Assembly: GCA_048189345.1 (NCBI GenBank)
Contig: DBEZGO010000044.1
Coordinates: 457-64,456, forward strand
Length of the DNA: 64,000 nt
DNA from: Collinsella sp.
GTDB lineage: Bacteria; Actinomycetota; Coriobacteriia; Coriobacteriales; Coriobacteriaceae
Direction: 5' to 3'
Shown in pieces: positions 10,298-20,999 of this stretch (positions are counted from its first letter, which is position 1; each line of letters starts with the position of its first letter). The notes under the pieces are model-generated. The model searched no databases. It saw nothing but the letters and a program-made list of their open reading frames with translations, and was not told the DNA's origin. Position numbers and translations under genes: made by a program.

Positions 10298-10407
10298 CGT
10301 TTGAAAAACCATCCGGCCAATGCCTTATCTGTATAGCCCAAATGAGCCGAGCTGCTAGAATATCGAACTGTATGGATAGCTATCATTCAACCGTTATGGG
10401 AGGATAC

Positions 10408-11811
10408 GTGAACCGCACCAAAATCGCGCAGCTCTATGCCGATGCCGAGTCGCTCGGCGGCCAGACCGTCACCGTCGCCGGCTGGGTCAAATCCGTCCGC
10501 GACATGAAGAACTTTGGCTTTGTTACGCTCAACGACGGCAGCTGCTTCCGCGACCTGCAGGTCGTCATGAACCGCGAGGCACTCGACAACTACGACGAGA
10601 TCGCCCATCAAAACGTCTCGGCCGCACTCATTTGCACCGGCACCGTCAAGCTGACCCCCGATGCGCCCCAGCCTTTCGAGCTTTCTGCCACCTCCATCGA
10701 GGTCGAGGGCGTCAGCGCCCCGGATTACCCGCTGCAGAAGAAGCGCGCAACCGTCGAGTTTCTGCGCACCCAGCAGCATCTGCGCCCGCGCACCAACCTG
10801 TTCCGCGCCGTGTTCCGCATCCGCTCTGTCGCGGCTGCCGCCATCCACCGCTTCTTCCAGGAGCAGGGCTTTGTCTACGTCAACACCCCCATCATCACCA
10901 CGAGTGACTGCGAGGGCGCCGGCGAGATGTTCCGCGTGACCACGCTCGACCCCAAAAATCCGCCCCTCACCGAGTCCGGCGAGGTCGACTGGAGCCAGGA
11001 CTTCTTTGGCAAGCACGCAAGCCTCACCGTGTCCGGCCAGCTCAATGCCGAGAACTTTGCCATGGCCTTTGGCGACGTGTACACCTTTGGCCCCACCTTC
11101 CGCGCCGAAAACTCCAACACCACGCGCCACGCCGCCGAGTTTTGGATGATCGAGCCCGAGATGGCCTTTGCCGACCTTAACGACTATATGGATAACGCCG
11201 AGGCCATGCTCAAGTATGTCCTCAAGGACGTCATGGCAACCTGCCCCGACGAGCTCAATATGCTCAGCAAGTTTGTGGACAAGGGTCTGCTCGAGCGCCT
11301 GGACCACGTGGCCAACTCCGACTTCGCCCGCGTCACCTATACCGAGGCCGTCGAAATCCTGGAGCAGGCAGTCGCTGCTGGCCACCAGTTTGATTACCCC
11401 GTCAGCTGGGGCATCGACCTGCAAACCGAGCACGAGCGCTTCCTGACCGAGGAGCACTTTAAGCGCCCGACCTTCGTGACCGACTACCCGGCCGAGATCA
11501 AGGCGTTCTACATGCGCATGAACGAGGACGGCAAGACCGTCGCCGCCGCCGACTGTCTGGTTCCCGGTATCGGCGAGATTATCGGCGGCTCCCAGCGCGA
11601 GGAGCGCCTGGATCTGCTCGAGGCCCGCATCAAGGACCTGGGCATGAATCCCGAGCAGTACAAGTACTACCTTGACCTGCGCCGCTACGGTTCCTGCAAG
11701 CACGCCGGCTACGGTCTGGGCTTCGAGCGCTTGGTCATGTATCTGACCGGCGTGGGCAACATCCGCGACGTCCTGCCGCACCCGCGCACCGTGGGCAACG
11801 CCGACTTCTAA
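10408..11811 (+). CDS. asnS: Asparagine--tRNA ligase
   Basis: [52 protein letters not shown] start after GGAGG. Confidence 0.96.
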   Translation: MNRTKIAQLYADAESLGGQTVTVAGWVKSVRDMKNFGFVTLNDGSCFRDLQVVMNREALDNYDEIAHQNVSAALICTGTVKLTPDAPQPFELSATSIEVEGVSAPDYPLQKKRATVEFLRTQQHLRPRTNLFRAVFRIRSVAAAAIHRFFQEQGFVYVNTPIITTSDCEGAGEMFRVTTLDPKNPPLTESGEVDWSQDFFGKHASLTVSGQLNAENFAMAFGDVYTFGPTFRAENSNTTRHAAEFWMIEPEMAFADLNDYMDNAEAMLKYVLKDVMATCPDELNMLSKFVDKGLLERLDHVANSDFARVTYTEAVEILEQAVAAGHQFDYPVSWGIDLQTEHERFLTEEHFKRPTFVTDYPAEIKAFYMRMNEDGKTVAAADCLVPGIGEIIGGSQREERLDLLEARIKDLGMNPEQYKYYLDLRRYGSCKHAGYGLGFERLVMYLTGVGNIRDVLPHPRTVGNADF

Positions 11812-11857
11812 TCGTCGGACGCTAGCTCGCGTCGCCACACGCCAACGCTCATCGCAT

Positions 11858-11893
11858 AAGCGCTTCTCGACATCGGTCGAGAGGCGCTTTTTT
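11858..11893 (+). terminator. Intrinsic terminator after asnS
   Basis: AAGCGCTTCTCGAC / GTCGAGAGGCGCTTTTTT. Confidence 0.75.
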
Positions 11894-12069
11894 CAACAGG
11901 ATCCGTCAAGCTTTTGGCAAGTTTTTGGTCAGTTGAGCAGGGCTGTTGAAAACTCGACCCGCCGTTTGCCGACGACTACCGACCGCCCAGAGCGCCCTGC
12001 GCCCCTGGGAAAGCCCCACGTTCTAGGCTCCATACCGTCGCCACCCAAAACGGAAAGGACGTGGACACC

Positions 12070-12855
12070 ATGACCGAAGCCGCTGTTGAAACCTACGACA
12101 CCACGACTAGAGGCGCCGCCTCGATGGCAGCCTATCGCGCCGTTCGCATCCTGCAACTATTAAGCGAAAACACCGGCGAGGACAAGGCCATGCTTTCCGA
12201 TGAGTTGATCCGGCGCCTCGCCCATCCCGACGACCCCGCCCGCATGCCCATCTCGGCGGCGCGGCGCAGCATCTACACCGCCATCTCCGCGCTTCGCCAT
12301 GCCGGATACGAAATTGAGTACAAACGCGGCGTGGGCTACAAACTTCTTACCCGCCCGCTCACCGATGAGGAGATCATCCGGCTCCACGGTATGGTCATGC
12401 GCAACCGCTCCACGCCTATCGCTATCCGCAAGAGCATGGCGCAGCACTTAGTTACCATGGCGAGCGCCGACGTTCGCGGCTACCTCGATACACCCGAACC
12501 CGCTCCAAGCGCAGGCAGCAAGGCTACCAAGGCAACACGCACGCCCATCAAGCGCATCGACACGTGCGAGCTCGTCGAGCAGGCCATCGACCACGGAACC
12601 ACGGTGAGTTTTGATATTTCGAGCGTCACGACACGTGGCGAAACCGAAGCAGCACGGATGACACTCCGTCCCTTTGCCATCAGGCAGCGCGATGGCATCT
12701 CGTATCTGCTGGGAACGGTCTACGACGCCCGAGGCGCCGATGACACGTTGCGTACTGTAGAGATTGGCCGAATGAGAAACGTCACCACACGTCTCCTCGA
12801 CGGCAAGAAGCTCTTCGCCGCCCTGGACGAGGACGACGCCTCCTCCGCCGCATAA
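12070..12855 (+). CDS. wHTH + degenerate WYL-domain protein
   Basis: N-terminal ILQLLSENT..RRSIYTAISALRHAGYEIEY wHTH; C-terminal LRPFAIRQRDGISYLLG..RTVEIGRM resembles WYL; RBS GAAAGGA. Confidence 0.7.
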   Translation: MTEAAVETYDTTTRGAASMAAYRAVRILQLLSENTGEDKAMLSDELIRRLAHPDDPARMPISAARRSIYTAISALRHAGYEIEYKRGVGYKLLTRPLTDEEIIRLHGMVMRNRSTPIAIRKSMAQHLVTMASADVRGYLDTPEPAPSAGSKATKATRTPIKRIDTCELVEQAIDHGTTVSFDISSVTTRGETEAARMTLRPFAIRQRDGISYLLGTVYDARGADDTLRTVEIGRMRNVTTRLLDGKKLFAALDEDDASSAA

Positions 12856-13015
12856 GACCCTCCGCCGCCCATTCGACTACCCGTACCGCCCATCCGATTC
12901 TGTATTAAAAAACCCGCCAGGCTGTTGTAAAAATGGACATCAGCGCTACTATAGTTCCACTTGCACTTTGTCCCAGTGCAGTGTTTCCAGCCATTTTTAT
13001 ACTGGGGGTAATGAT

Positions 13016-13996
13016 ATGAAGGACATCACCATCAGCCGCAGGAGCCTTCTGGTCTCCGCCGGCCTGCTCGCGCTCGCCCCGCTCGCCGGATGCGGCGGCA
13101 ACTCCGGTTCCGGCTCTGCTGCCGCCGGTTCCGACTACACCATCGGCGTTCTGCAGCTCACCGAGCACTCCGCACTCGATGCCGCCAACGACGGCTTTGT
13201 CAAGGCCATCAAGGAGAGCGGCCTTAAGGTCAAGATCGACCAGAAGAACGCCCAGAACGACCAGTCCACGTGTAAGTCCATTGCCGACAAGTTTGTGGGC
13301 GATGGCGTCGACCTGATCTACGCCATCGCCACGCCCGCCGCGCAGGCTGCCGCCGGTGCCACGGCCGATATCCCCATCGTGGGCTGTGCCATCACCGACT
13401 ACGCCGCCTCCGGCCTGGTCCAGGACAACGACAAGCCCGGCACCAACGTCACGGGCGCTTCCGACCTCACCCCGGTCGCCGAGCAGCTCGAGATGATGCA
13501 GAAGGTCCTGCCCGACGTTAAAAAGGTCGGCCTGCTCTACTGCACCGCCGAGTCCAACTCCGACGTCCAGATCAAGGCCGCCAAGAAGGAGCTCGACAAG
13601 CTGGGCCTCCAGTACACTGACTTCACCGTCTCGAGCTCCAACGAGATTCAGTCCGTCGTCGAGTCTGCCGTGGGCAAGGTCGATGCGCTGTACTCCCCCA
13701 CCGACAACACCATCGCCGCGGGTGCCTCGCAGGTCGGCCAGATCTGCAAGGAGAACAAGCTCCCCTTCGTGACTGGCGAGGAGGGTATGTGTAAGGCCGG
13801 CGGCTTGTTCACCCTCTCCATCAACTATGAGGACCTGGGCTACGCCGCGGGCGAGATGGCCGTTAAGATCCTGAAGGGCGAGGCCAAGCCCGAGGATATG
13901 CCAATCAAGCATCTCTCGAGCAAGGACCTGGTCGTCGTCAAGAACGACGAGATGGCCGAGGCTCTGGGCATCGACCTTTCCACTCTGGACGCGTAA
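13016..13996 (+). CDS. ABC transporter substrate-binding lipoprotein (TrpX-like) with twin-arginine signal
   Basis: SRRSLL..LAGC lipobox; QLTEHSALDAANDGF, IATPAAQAA, PGTNVTG, PTDNTI. Confidence 0.88.
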   Translation: MKDITISRRSLLVSAGLLALAPLAGCGGNSGSGSAAAGSDYTIGVLQLTEHSALDAANDGFVKAIKESGLKVKIDQKNAQNDQSTCKSIADKFVGDGVDLIYAIATPAAQAAAGATADIPIVGCAITDYAASGLVQDNDKPGTNVTGASDLTPVAEQLEMMQKVLPDVKKVGLLYCTAESNSDVQIKAAKKELDKLGLQYTDFTVSSSNEIQSVVESAVGKVDALYSPTDNTIAAGASQVGQICKENKLPFVTGEEGMCKAGGLFTLSINYEDLGYAAGEMAVKILKGEAKPEDMPIKHLSSKDLVVVKNDEMAEALGIDLSTLDA

Positions 13997-14199
13997 TACC
14001 ATACGCGGCATGCGTCTAGAGCCCGTGCTCGCGCTTTAGTCGCGTTATTCAATATCTGAGCCACAGGGGCGGGCGCTTTAGACCGGCGTCCGCCCTGCTT
14101 GTTTCAGGTAAAACAAAACGTCTGTCCGCAGTTCTTTTATGCATTGTTACCGCTATTATGGTGAATCACGTGTCCACCCTATCCTAGGAGGTATGAAGC

Positions 14200-15123
14200 A
14201 TGCTCATTGCATTGCAGGGCGCCGTTTCGCAGGGCGTCCTCTGGGGCATTATGGTGCTTGGCGTGTTTATCACGTTCCGCCTGCTCGACATTCCCGATAT
14301 GACCTGCGACGGCAGCTTTGCCCTCGGCGGCTGCGTCTGCGCTGTGCTCATCGTCAATAACAACGTCGACCCGCTGCTCGCCGTGCTGGCCGGTATGTGC
14401 GCCGGCGCCATCGCGGGTGCCGTCACGGGCATTTTGACCACCGTCTTCGAGATTCCCGCGATCCTCGCCGGAATCCTCACCCAGATCAGCCTGTGGTCCA
14501 TCAACCTGCGCATCATGGGCAAGTCCAATACGCCCATTCTTGCCAAGGGCACCGTGTTCTCGGCCGTCAGCAATATGACCGGTCTGCCGCAGTCCACCGT
14601 TGCCATCATCTTGGGCATCCTGCTCGCCGTGGCTATCGTTGCCATCCTGTATTGGTTCTTTGGCACCGAGATCGGCTCGGCGCTGCGCGCCACCGGCAAC
14701 AACGAGTACATGATCCGCGCTCTGGGCGTCAACACCAACTCCACCAAGATGATCGCCCTCGTGCTCTCCAACGCCCTCATCGGCCTTTCGGGTGCGCTTA
14801 TCTGCCAGAGCCAAAAGTATGCCGACATTGGTATGGGCACCGGTGCCATCGTTATCGGTCTTGCCGCCATTGTTATCGGTGAGGTGCTCGGCCGTCTGCT
14901 GCCCGGCGGCCTCACGCAGTTTAGCGTCCGTCTTGCCTCCGCCGTCTTTGGCTCCGTGGTGTACTTCCTTATCCGCGCCATCGTGCTGCAATTGGGCATG
15001 GACGCCAACGACATGAAGTTGCTCTCCGCCGTGATCGTCGCCGTGGCCCTGTGCGTGCCCGTGGTTTGGGAGCGCTATAAGCTCCGCAGCTCCTACACGA
15101 AGGGGGATGAGGCAGATGCTTAA
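14200..15123 (+). CDS. ABC transporter permease
   Basis: DMTCDGSFALGG, SINLRIMG, GSALRATGNN, ADIGMGTG motifs. Confidence 0.9.
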   Translation: MLIALQGAVSQGVLWGIMVLGVFITFRLLDIPDMTCDGSFALGGCVCAVLIVNNNVDPLLAVLAGMCAGAIAGAVTGILTTVFEIPAILAGILTQISLWSINLRIMGKSNTPILAKGTVFSAVSNMTGLPQSTVAIILGILLAVAIVAILYWFFGTEIGSALRATGNNEYMIRALGVNTNSTKMIALVLSNALIGLSGALICQSQKYADIGMGTGAIVIGLAAIVIGEVLGRLLPGGLTQFSVRLASAVFGSVVYFLIRAIVLQLGMDANDMKLLSAVIVAVALCVPVVWERYKLRSSYTKGDEADA

Positions 15124-15910
15124 GCTCTCGCACGTCAAGAAGACCTTTAACAAGGGCACCGTCACCGAGAAGCGCGCTCTTACCGGTGTCGACCTCACCC
15201 TTAACGACGGCGACTTTGTAACCGTGATCGGCGGCAACGGCGCCGGCAAGTCCACGCTGCTCAACATGATCGCCGGCGTGTATCCGCTCGATTCGGGTGT
15301 CATCGAGCTCGACGGCACCGACATCTCGCGCCTGAGCGAGTCGCAGCGCGCCAAGTACCTGGGCCGCGTGTTTCAGGACCCCATGCGCGGTACCGCTGCT
15401 GACATGCAGATCGCCGAGAACTTGGCCCTCGCCAAGCGTCGCGGCCAGCGTCGCGGCCTTTCGTGGGGCGTCACCAAGGCCGAGAAGGACGAGTACGTTG
15501 AGCTGCTCAAGCGCCTGGACCTTGGTCTGGACACGCGCCTCAACGCCAAGGTCGGCCTGCTTTCGGGCGGTCAGCGCCAGGCACTCACCCTGCTCATGGC
15601 CACGCTCACCAAGCCGCGCCTGCTGCTGCTCGACGAGCACACCGCGGCGCTCGACCCCAAGACGGCCTCTAAGGTGCTCAATCTGACCGAAGAGATCGTC
15701 GACGAGCACCACCTGACCACGCTCATGGTCACGCATAACATGAATGACGCCATCCGTCTGGGCAACCGTCTGATCATGATGCACGAGGGCCATGTGATCT
15801 ACGACGTGGCCGGCGACGAGAAGAAGTCGCTCACCGTGGCCGACCTGCTGCAGAAGTTCGAGGAGGTCTCGGGCGGCGAGCTCGCCAACGACCGCATGCT
15901 GCTAAGCTAA
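15116..15910 (+). CDS. ABC transporter ATP-binding protein
   Basis: GGNGAGKST, LSGGQRQ, LLLLDEH, VTH. Confidence 0.93.
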   Translation: MLKLSHVKKTFNKGTVTEKRALTGVDLTLNDGDFVTVIGGNGAGKSTLLNMIAGVYPLDSGVIELDGTDISRLSESQRAKYLGRVFQDPMRGTAADMQIAENLALAKRRGQRRGLSWGVTKAEKDEYVELLKRLDLGLDTRLNAKVGLLSGGQRQALTLLMATLTKPRLLLLDEHTAALDPKTASKVLNLTEEIVDEHHLTTLMVTHNMNDAIRLGNRLIMMHEGHVIYDVAGDEKKSLTVADLLQKFEEVSGGELANDRMLLS

Positions 15911-15953
15911 ACCTACCAAAAAGGGACAGGTTTATTTTGGCAGGTTTTATCTG
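15910..15953 (+). repeat. 44-bp REP-like element with GGGACAGG loop; near-identical copy at 55247-55290 (-)
   Basis: AACCTACCAAAAAGGGACAGGTTTATTTTGGCAGGTTTTATCTG; 43/44 identity to the reverse complement of 55247-55290. Confidence 0.85.
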
Positions 15954-16067
15954 CGCAAACGTCAAAACCGCCGCAAAGGGACAAACGCCCTTGCGGCGGT
16001 TTTCGCATATTATGTCGATAATCCGATATTCAACCAGACATTCTGGCTAAGGACTAAGGAAACTGCC

Positions 16068-18092
16068 ATGAAAAGACTCCCCCGCCTTGCGTTAGCCGCC
16101 GCGTTGTTTGCCGGCGCGCTCGCAGGCATCCCAAGCCTCGCTTTCGCGGGGAACCTGCCCGCCGCTATTGGCGGCTCCGTGGCCGTCATGCACACCAACG
16201 ACATCCACGGCAGCTACAAGTACAGCTACAACGCAAGCAAGGGCACCGGCACTGTGGGCTTTGACGGACTGGCGGTTCTCTATAGCGCCCAAAGCAGCGC
16301 CCCCGATCTTTTGCTCGATGCGGGCGACACCTTCCATGGACAGTCCTTCGCCACCATGAGCGAGGGTAAGAGCATCGCCGAGCTCATGGACACCTTCTAC
16401 GCCGACGGCTACGACGCGACCACGCCAGGCAACCACGACTGGAGCTACGGCGCAGACAAACTCCGCACCATGACCGGCTACAGCACCACCGGCACGCCCT
16501 TCGCCATGCTTTGCGCGAACGCAAAGTCCACGAGCGGCGTATGGAGCTCGAGCATCACCAAGACGCTCGACCGCACCTGGGAGGACAGCGAAAATCACTC
16601 AACGTTCGCCTACCAGATCAAGGTCGGCGTTGTAGGAGCCATGGATGAGTCGCTTGGCTCCTCGTTGCGTGCAGACCTAGTCGCGGGCACCAGCTTCTCG
16701 AGTGCCGCGAACGCCATCAATGCCGAGGCAGAGCAGCTGCGCAAGGAGGGCTGCAACGTTGTCGTCTGTATCGCGCATACGCTCGACGCCAAGACCTTTG
16801 CCACGCGGCTCCGTGGCGTCGATGCCCTTATCGCAGGCCATGAGCACATCAACCTTAACGAGAAGGTGACGGGAGCCGACGGCAAGACGATCCACGTTGT
16901 CGAGGCAGGCAGCGCCTTTGCCGAGGTGGGGCTGCTTTCCATTCCGTACAGGTACGACACCAATGGCACCGAGACGACCGACGATGACACGGTCACGGTC
17001 CCTGCAGACGGCAGCGACGAGAAGCTCTACACCGCCAAGAACGTCAACGACCTTTTGGCAGACCCCGACAAGGGCTCCGACTACCAAAGCCGCCTTGAAG
17101 CCGTCCGCAACAAGATCAAGCCGCTCGACGAGGCCTTTGAAAACGAATCGAACAAGGTGCTCGGCACATCCACCACCAACTATTTCTACGGCGAGGACGC
17201 CGCAGGCACGCATGGTTGGGAAATGGTGCGCACCACCGATTTCCGCCCCAGCAAGGAGGGCGATACCACCAAGGCCCAGACCATCGGCCACGTGATTTGC
17301 GGCTCCTATCTTGCCCTGACGGGCGCGGACCTCGCTATCGAAAACGCAGGCGGCATCCGCGGCGGCATCGCGGCAGGCAACGTGACCGCCGGCAACGTCA
17401 TCGCCATCTCGCCCTACGGCAACACCGTGGAGACCTGGACCATGACCGGTGCGGACTTCCTGGCAGCGCTCGAGCACTCGCTGCAGATCAGCGACGAGTG
17501 CAATCACAGCTACGAGCTTCAGCAAGCCTATGTGACAGCCGGCCACACCGAGCAGGAGGCGCAAGACAAGTACAAGTGGCGCGACGATTCCGGCAGCGTC
17601 CTTTCCTTCGGCGGAATCAATGTGACAATCGATTGGACGCAGTCCGAAGGCAAGCGCATTGCGAGTGCCACACTCACCAAGGACGACAGCACGCTCGACC
17701 CCGCCAAGACCTATACCGTCGCCACCAACAACTACATCATCACCAACACGACTGACTTCCCCACCTTCGCAAACGCCACCAAGCACACCGAGTGGGGTAC
17801 CTGTGAGTCAGCGCTAAGGACGCTGATCGGGCAGGGCAGCTGGGAGAGCAAGATGGCCTCGCTCGCGGGCACCATTAGCTTTGGCTCCGCTGCCGTGGAC
17901 CCCACGCCCACACCGGCCCCGACGCCTAAGCCCTCGCCTAAGACGGACACGACGACCACGAAGGTCATCACCAAGAAGACGACCGGTAAGCTCGCCGCAA
18001 CGGGAGACCGCACGCTGGCAGTAGTTGGCGCGTGCCTTATCGGCGGCATCATCGTCATCATACTCGGCATTATCTGGAAGCGTCGACGCTAA
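16068..18092 (+). CDS. Secreted, sortase-anchored 5'-nucleotidase (UshA/CpdB-like)
   Basis: Signal peptide; HTNDIHG, LDAGDTFHG, PGNHDW, AGHEH, NAGGIR, PYGN; C-terminal LAATG + TM + KRRR. Confidence 0.9.
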   Translation: MKRLPRLALAAALFAGALAGIPSLAFAGNLPAAIGGSVAVMHTNDIHGSYKYSYNASKGTGTVGFDGLAVLYSAQSSAPDLLLDAGDTFHGQSFATMSEGKSIAELMDTFYADGYDATTPGNHDWSYGADKLRTMTGYSTTGTPFAMLCANAKSTSGVWSSSITKTLDRTWEDSENHSTFAYQIKVGVVGAMDESLGSSLRADLVAGTSFSSAANAINAEAEQLRKEGCNVVVCIAHTLDAKTFATRLRGVDALIAGHEHINLNEKVTGADGKTIHVVEAGSAFAEVGLLSIPYRYDTNGTETTDDDTVTVPADGSDEKLYTAKNVNDLLADPDKGSDYQSRLEAVRNKIKPLDEAFENESNKVLGTSTTNYFYGEDAAGTHGWEMVRTTDFRPSKEGDTTKAQTIGHVICGSYLALTGADLAIENAGGIRGGIAAGNVTAGNVIAISPYGNTVETWTMTGADFLAALEHSLQISDECNHSYELQQAYVTAGHTEQEAQDKYKWRDDSGSVLSFGGINVTIDWTQSEGKRIASATLTKDDSTLDPAKTYTVATNNYIITNTTDFPTFANATKHTEWGTCESALRTLIGQGSWESKMASLAGTISFGSAAVDPTPTPAPTPKPSPKTDTTTTKVITKKTTGKLAATGDRTLAVVGACLIGGIIVIILGIIWKRRR

Positions 18093-18144
18093 GCTACACC
18101 GCCGGGCCTTGCAGCCCCACCGCGTAAACCTTATATCGAGCACA

Positions 18145-18178
18145 GAAGCCCGTCCGAATTTGATCGGACGGGCTTCTT
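18145..18178 (+). terminator. Probable terminator hairpin
   Basis: AGAAGCCCGTCCGA / TCGGACGGGCTTCT. Confidence 0.65.
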
Positions 18179-18221
18179 GGTGGGTATCATGGTTGGACGA
18201 TCATTAGGAGGTTTCCCCCAC

Positions 18222-18989
18222 ATGGAATTGTTTGAGCCGATTCTTCGTTTCTTTGCACAACGATGGGTCCACAACATCATCTGGGCCGTCATCTTGGCGA
18301 TAGGCACCGCCGTCGCCGCCAAGGTCGTATCCAAGACCCTGAACCATCTGCTTAACCGAGACGATAACCCGCTTCCGGCATCGAGTATCTTCATCAACAT
18401 CGCGCGCGCCGTCATTTGGATGATCGGCGGCAGCTTTATCCTCGACAACTGTTTTGGCATTAATGCAAACGCCCTCGTCGCCGCTCTTGGCGTCGGCGGC
18501 ATCGCTATCTCGCTCGGCTTTCAGGACACGCTGTCAAACCTTATCGGCGGCATGCAAGTGACCTTTATGGGCATCATCAAACCCGGCGACAATATCGAGG
18601 TCGGCGGCGTATCCGGCGTGGTCCAAGACATCACTTGGCGCCATACAACGATTGAGGACGCCTGTGGACAGACCATCATTGTGCCCAACTCCAACATCTC
18701 CAAGAACACGCTCGTGCACCTCATGCCATTTGGGCGCGTTGCCGTGCCCGTTGCCGTAAAGGACACGTCCAAGTGGGCTTCCCTTGACGTGCTGGCAGAC
18801 GAGCTGACCAGCGCCACCGAGGCCGCCGTGCTTCCCATCTCGGGCTTTGACAAGGAGCCCTACGTACTCTTTAGCGAAATCGGCGACTTTGGCATCAAAG
18901 GAAAGATCATCTTTATCGTCAGCGACGACAGCACTACTTTCACGGCAGCCGACGCCTGCATCCGCGCCATCGCCCCCATCATCGCCTAA
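18222..18989 (+). CDS. Small-conductance mechanosensitive channel (MscS family)
   Basis: LGVGGIAISLGFQDTLSNLIGG, KPGDNIEV..GVVQDI..T..VPNS; RBS AGGAGG. Confidence 0.9.
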   Translation: MELFEPILRFFAQRWVHNIIWAVILAIGTAVAAKVVSKTLNHLLNRDDNPLPASSIFINIARAVIWMIGGSFILDNCFGINANALVAALGVGGIAISLGFQDTLSNLIGGMQVTFMGIIKPGDNIEVGGVSGVVQDITWRHTTIEDACGQTIIVPNSNISKNTLVHLMPFGRVAVPVAVKDTSKWASLDVLADELTSATEAAVLPISGFDKEPYVLFSEIGDFGIKGKIIFIVSDDSTTFTAADACIRAIAPIIA

Positions 18990-19082
18990 ACCACCGCAAA
19001 GGGGACAGGCATCTTTGTAGTGGTTTTCATTCGTGGTACCATGGTTCATATCGTTGTTTAAACGACTAAGGGAGTAGACACC

Positions 19083-20999
19083 ATGGAAGAGGCCTATCGT
19101 CAAGCACGCAAGCGCGGCGAGCAGGGACGCCGTCGCGCCATCAGCCAAAGCGAGCACCCATACCTTACGGACCTCGATAGCTTGGTTGCTCAGCTCCCCT
19201 TAGGTCAGCGAGAGAATGTCGGTCTGCGGGATATTCCGCTCGAAATGGTCGTCGGCACGGTCACCAAGGGCCGTCAGTCCGCCTTTTCGTGTAACTTTAT
19301 GCCCCTGTTTCCGTTTAGCACCGAGTTCGCCCGCAAGTGGTCCAACCTCTACGACATCCAGGTGACCGAGGGCTATCGCGACCCCGTCATCGTCACCGAG
19401 TTCATGCATCGGTTCTATGTCCAGGAAGGCAACAAGCGCGTCAGTGTCCTCAAATTCCTAGACGCTCCGACGGTTTCGGCCAAGGTCACCCGTCTCTACC
19501 CCGGCACATGGGATTCCGTCGAAAGCCGTCTGTACGGTGAGTTCTGCGCGTTTTGGCGCGTCTGCCCCCTATACGAGATTGAGTTCTCGCGTGAGGGAAG
19601 CTACGAAACGCTCGCCAAGATGCTCGGTCAGAACCTTATCGAAAAATGGCCGCAGAAAAAGGTCGACTACCTGCGCCACACCTTCCTGCTCTTTAAGCGC
19701 GCCTACCTTCGCGCGGGCGGTGACCACCTGGACATTACGCCCGCCGACGCCATGCTCGTCTATCTCAATGTGTACAACCAGGACCGCCTGCTGGATACGC
19801 CGACAGATATCGTCGTAAACCGCCTGTGCAAGATTTGGCGCGAGCTGGTCATTGCCGGCAAAAGCGACGAGGAGAAGGTCGATCTTGTCGAGGCACCGAG
19901 CGTCGATGAGGAAGAGGCGCCCGCCAAGTCCACATCCGGCGTGCTCAACTTCTTTATGGGCAAGACTGTCTATTCGGCGGCCAACCCTCTGCGCGTCGCC
20001 TTTATCCACGAATATCCCTGCGCAACATCGAGCTGGGATAGCCTGCACGACCAAGGGCGCCAGTATCTCGATGAGCACTTTGGCGGTATCGTGCACACTG
20101 AGGCGTTCGAGGACTGCCACGATCCGGACGTGTTTTATGCCGCCGTAGAGACCGCCGTTAAGCACGGGGTGAACGTTATCTTCTCGACTTCGCACCGCCT
20201 AATGGAATACGCGCTCAGAGCTGCCGTCGAGTATCCTCAGGTGCGATTCCTCAACTGCTCTATCGGCCTTCCCCATCAAAGCGTCCGTTCGTACTTTGGC
20301 AAGATGTACGAGGCCAAGTTTCTCCTGGGCGCCCTTGCCGCCAGCATGGCGGACAACCACCGCATCGGTTACCACGCGTCGGTCTTCGCCTCGGGCGCAC
20401 TCAGCGAGATCAACGCCTTTGCGATTGGCGCCTCGCTGCTCGACCCCCGTGCGCAAATTATCCTGACCTGGGGTGATGTGCCCGCTGGAGGTCTCGCCGA
20501 GGCCATGTGCCGCGAAGGCGTGAGCGTCATGACCGGCGCTGACATGTCAAAGTCGCTCGAAGACCCAACGGCCTACGGACTCCACCGCCTGGTCGATGGC
20601 AAGGTTTCCGGCATCGCCATGCCGGTATGGAACTGGGGCCGTTACTACGAGCTCATCGTTCGCAGCCTTCTGCACGGCACGTGGGACGAGACCAGCGATG
20701 ACAACCAAGTGCGCGCCGTCAACTACTGGTACGGCATGAGCTCCGGCGTTATCGACATCCGTTACGCTCCGGGCCTACCCTACCAGACGCGCAAACTCGT
20801 GCAGTTGCTCCGCAACGGCATTGTCGAGGGATCCATCAACCCCTTTGGCGGCGAGCTCCACAGCCAGAACGGCGTGGTACAGATCGAAGGCTTCCCTCCG
20901 CTGCCGAGCACGCAGATTGTCGAGATGAATTGGCTGGCGGATAACGTGGTAGGCACCATTCCGCAGCTCGACGATGAGCCGAAAGTCCCTGCCCTATGA
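19083..20999 (+). CDS. Fusion of an N-terminal ParB/Srx-like domain and a C-terminal BMP (nucleoside-binding) domain, with no signal peptide
   Basis: IPLEMVVGT..DPVIV..FYVQEGNKRVSV (ParB/Srx-like); SSWDSLHDQGRQYL..YEAKFLLGALA..INAFAIGA..WNWG (BMP-like); hydrophilic N-terminus. Confidence 0.75.
   Translation: MEEAYRQARKRGEQGRRRAISQSEHPYLTDLDSLVAQLPLGQRENVGLRDIPLEMVVGTVTKGRQSAFSCNFMPLFPFSTEFARKWSNLYDIQVTEGYRDPVIVTEFMHRFYVQEGNKRVSVLKFLDAPTVSAKVTRLYPGTWDSVESRLYGEFCAFWRVCPLYEIEFSREGSYETLAKMLGQNLIEKWPQKKVDYLRHTFLLFKRAYLRAGGDHLDITPADAMLVYLNVYNQDRLLDTPTDIVVNRLCKIWRELVIAGKSDEEKVDLVEAPSVDEEEAPAKSTSGVLNFFMGKTVYSAANPLRVAFIHEYPCATSSWDSLHDQGRQYLDEHFGGIVHTEAFEDCHDPDVFYAAVETAVKHGVNVIFSTSHRLMEYALRAAVEYPQVRFLNCSIGLPHQSVRSYFGKMYEAKFLLGALAASMADNHRIGYHASVFASGALSEINAFAIGASLLDPRAQIILTWGDVPAGGLAEAMCREGVSVMTGADMSKSLEDPTAYGLHRLVDGKVSGIAMPVWNWGRYYELIVRSLLHGTWDETSDDNQVRAVNYWYGMSSGVIDIRYAPGLPYQTRKLVQLLRNGIVEGSINPFGGELHSQNGVVQIEGFPPLPSTQIVEMNWLADNVVGTIPQLDDEPKVPAL

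Noticed and set aside
10300..10407. T-box leaders before asnS (also checked before cysS and lysS)
   Set aside because: No T-box consensus found and the leaders are too short
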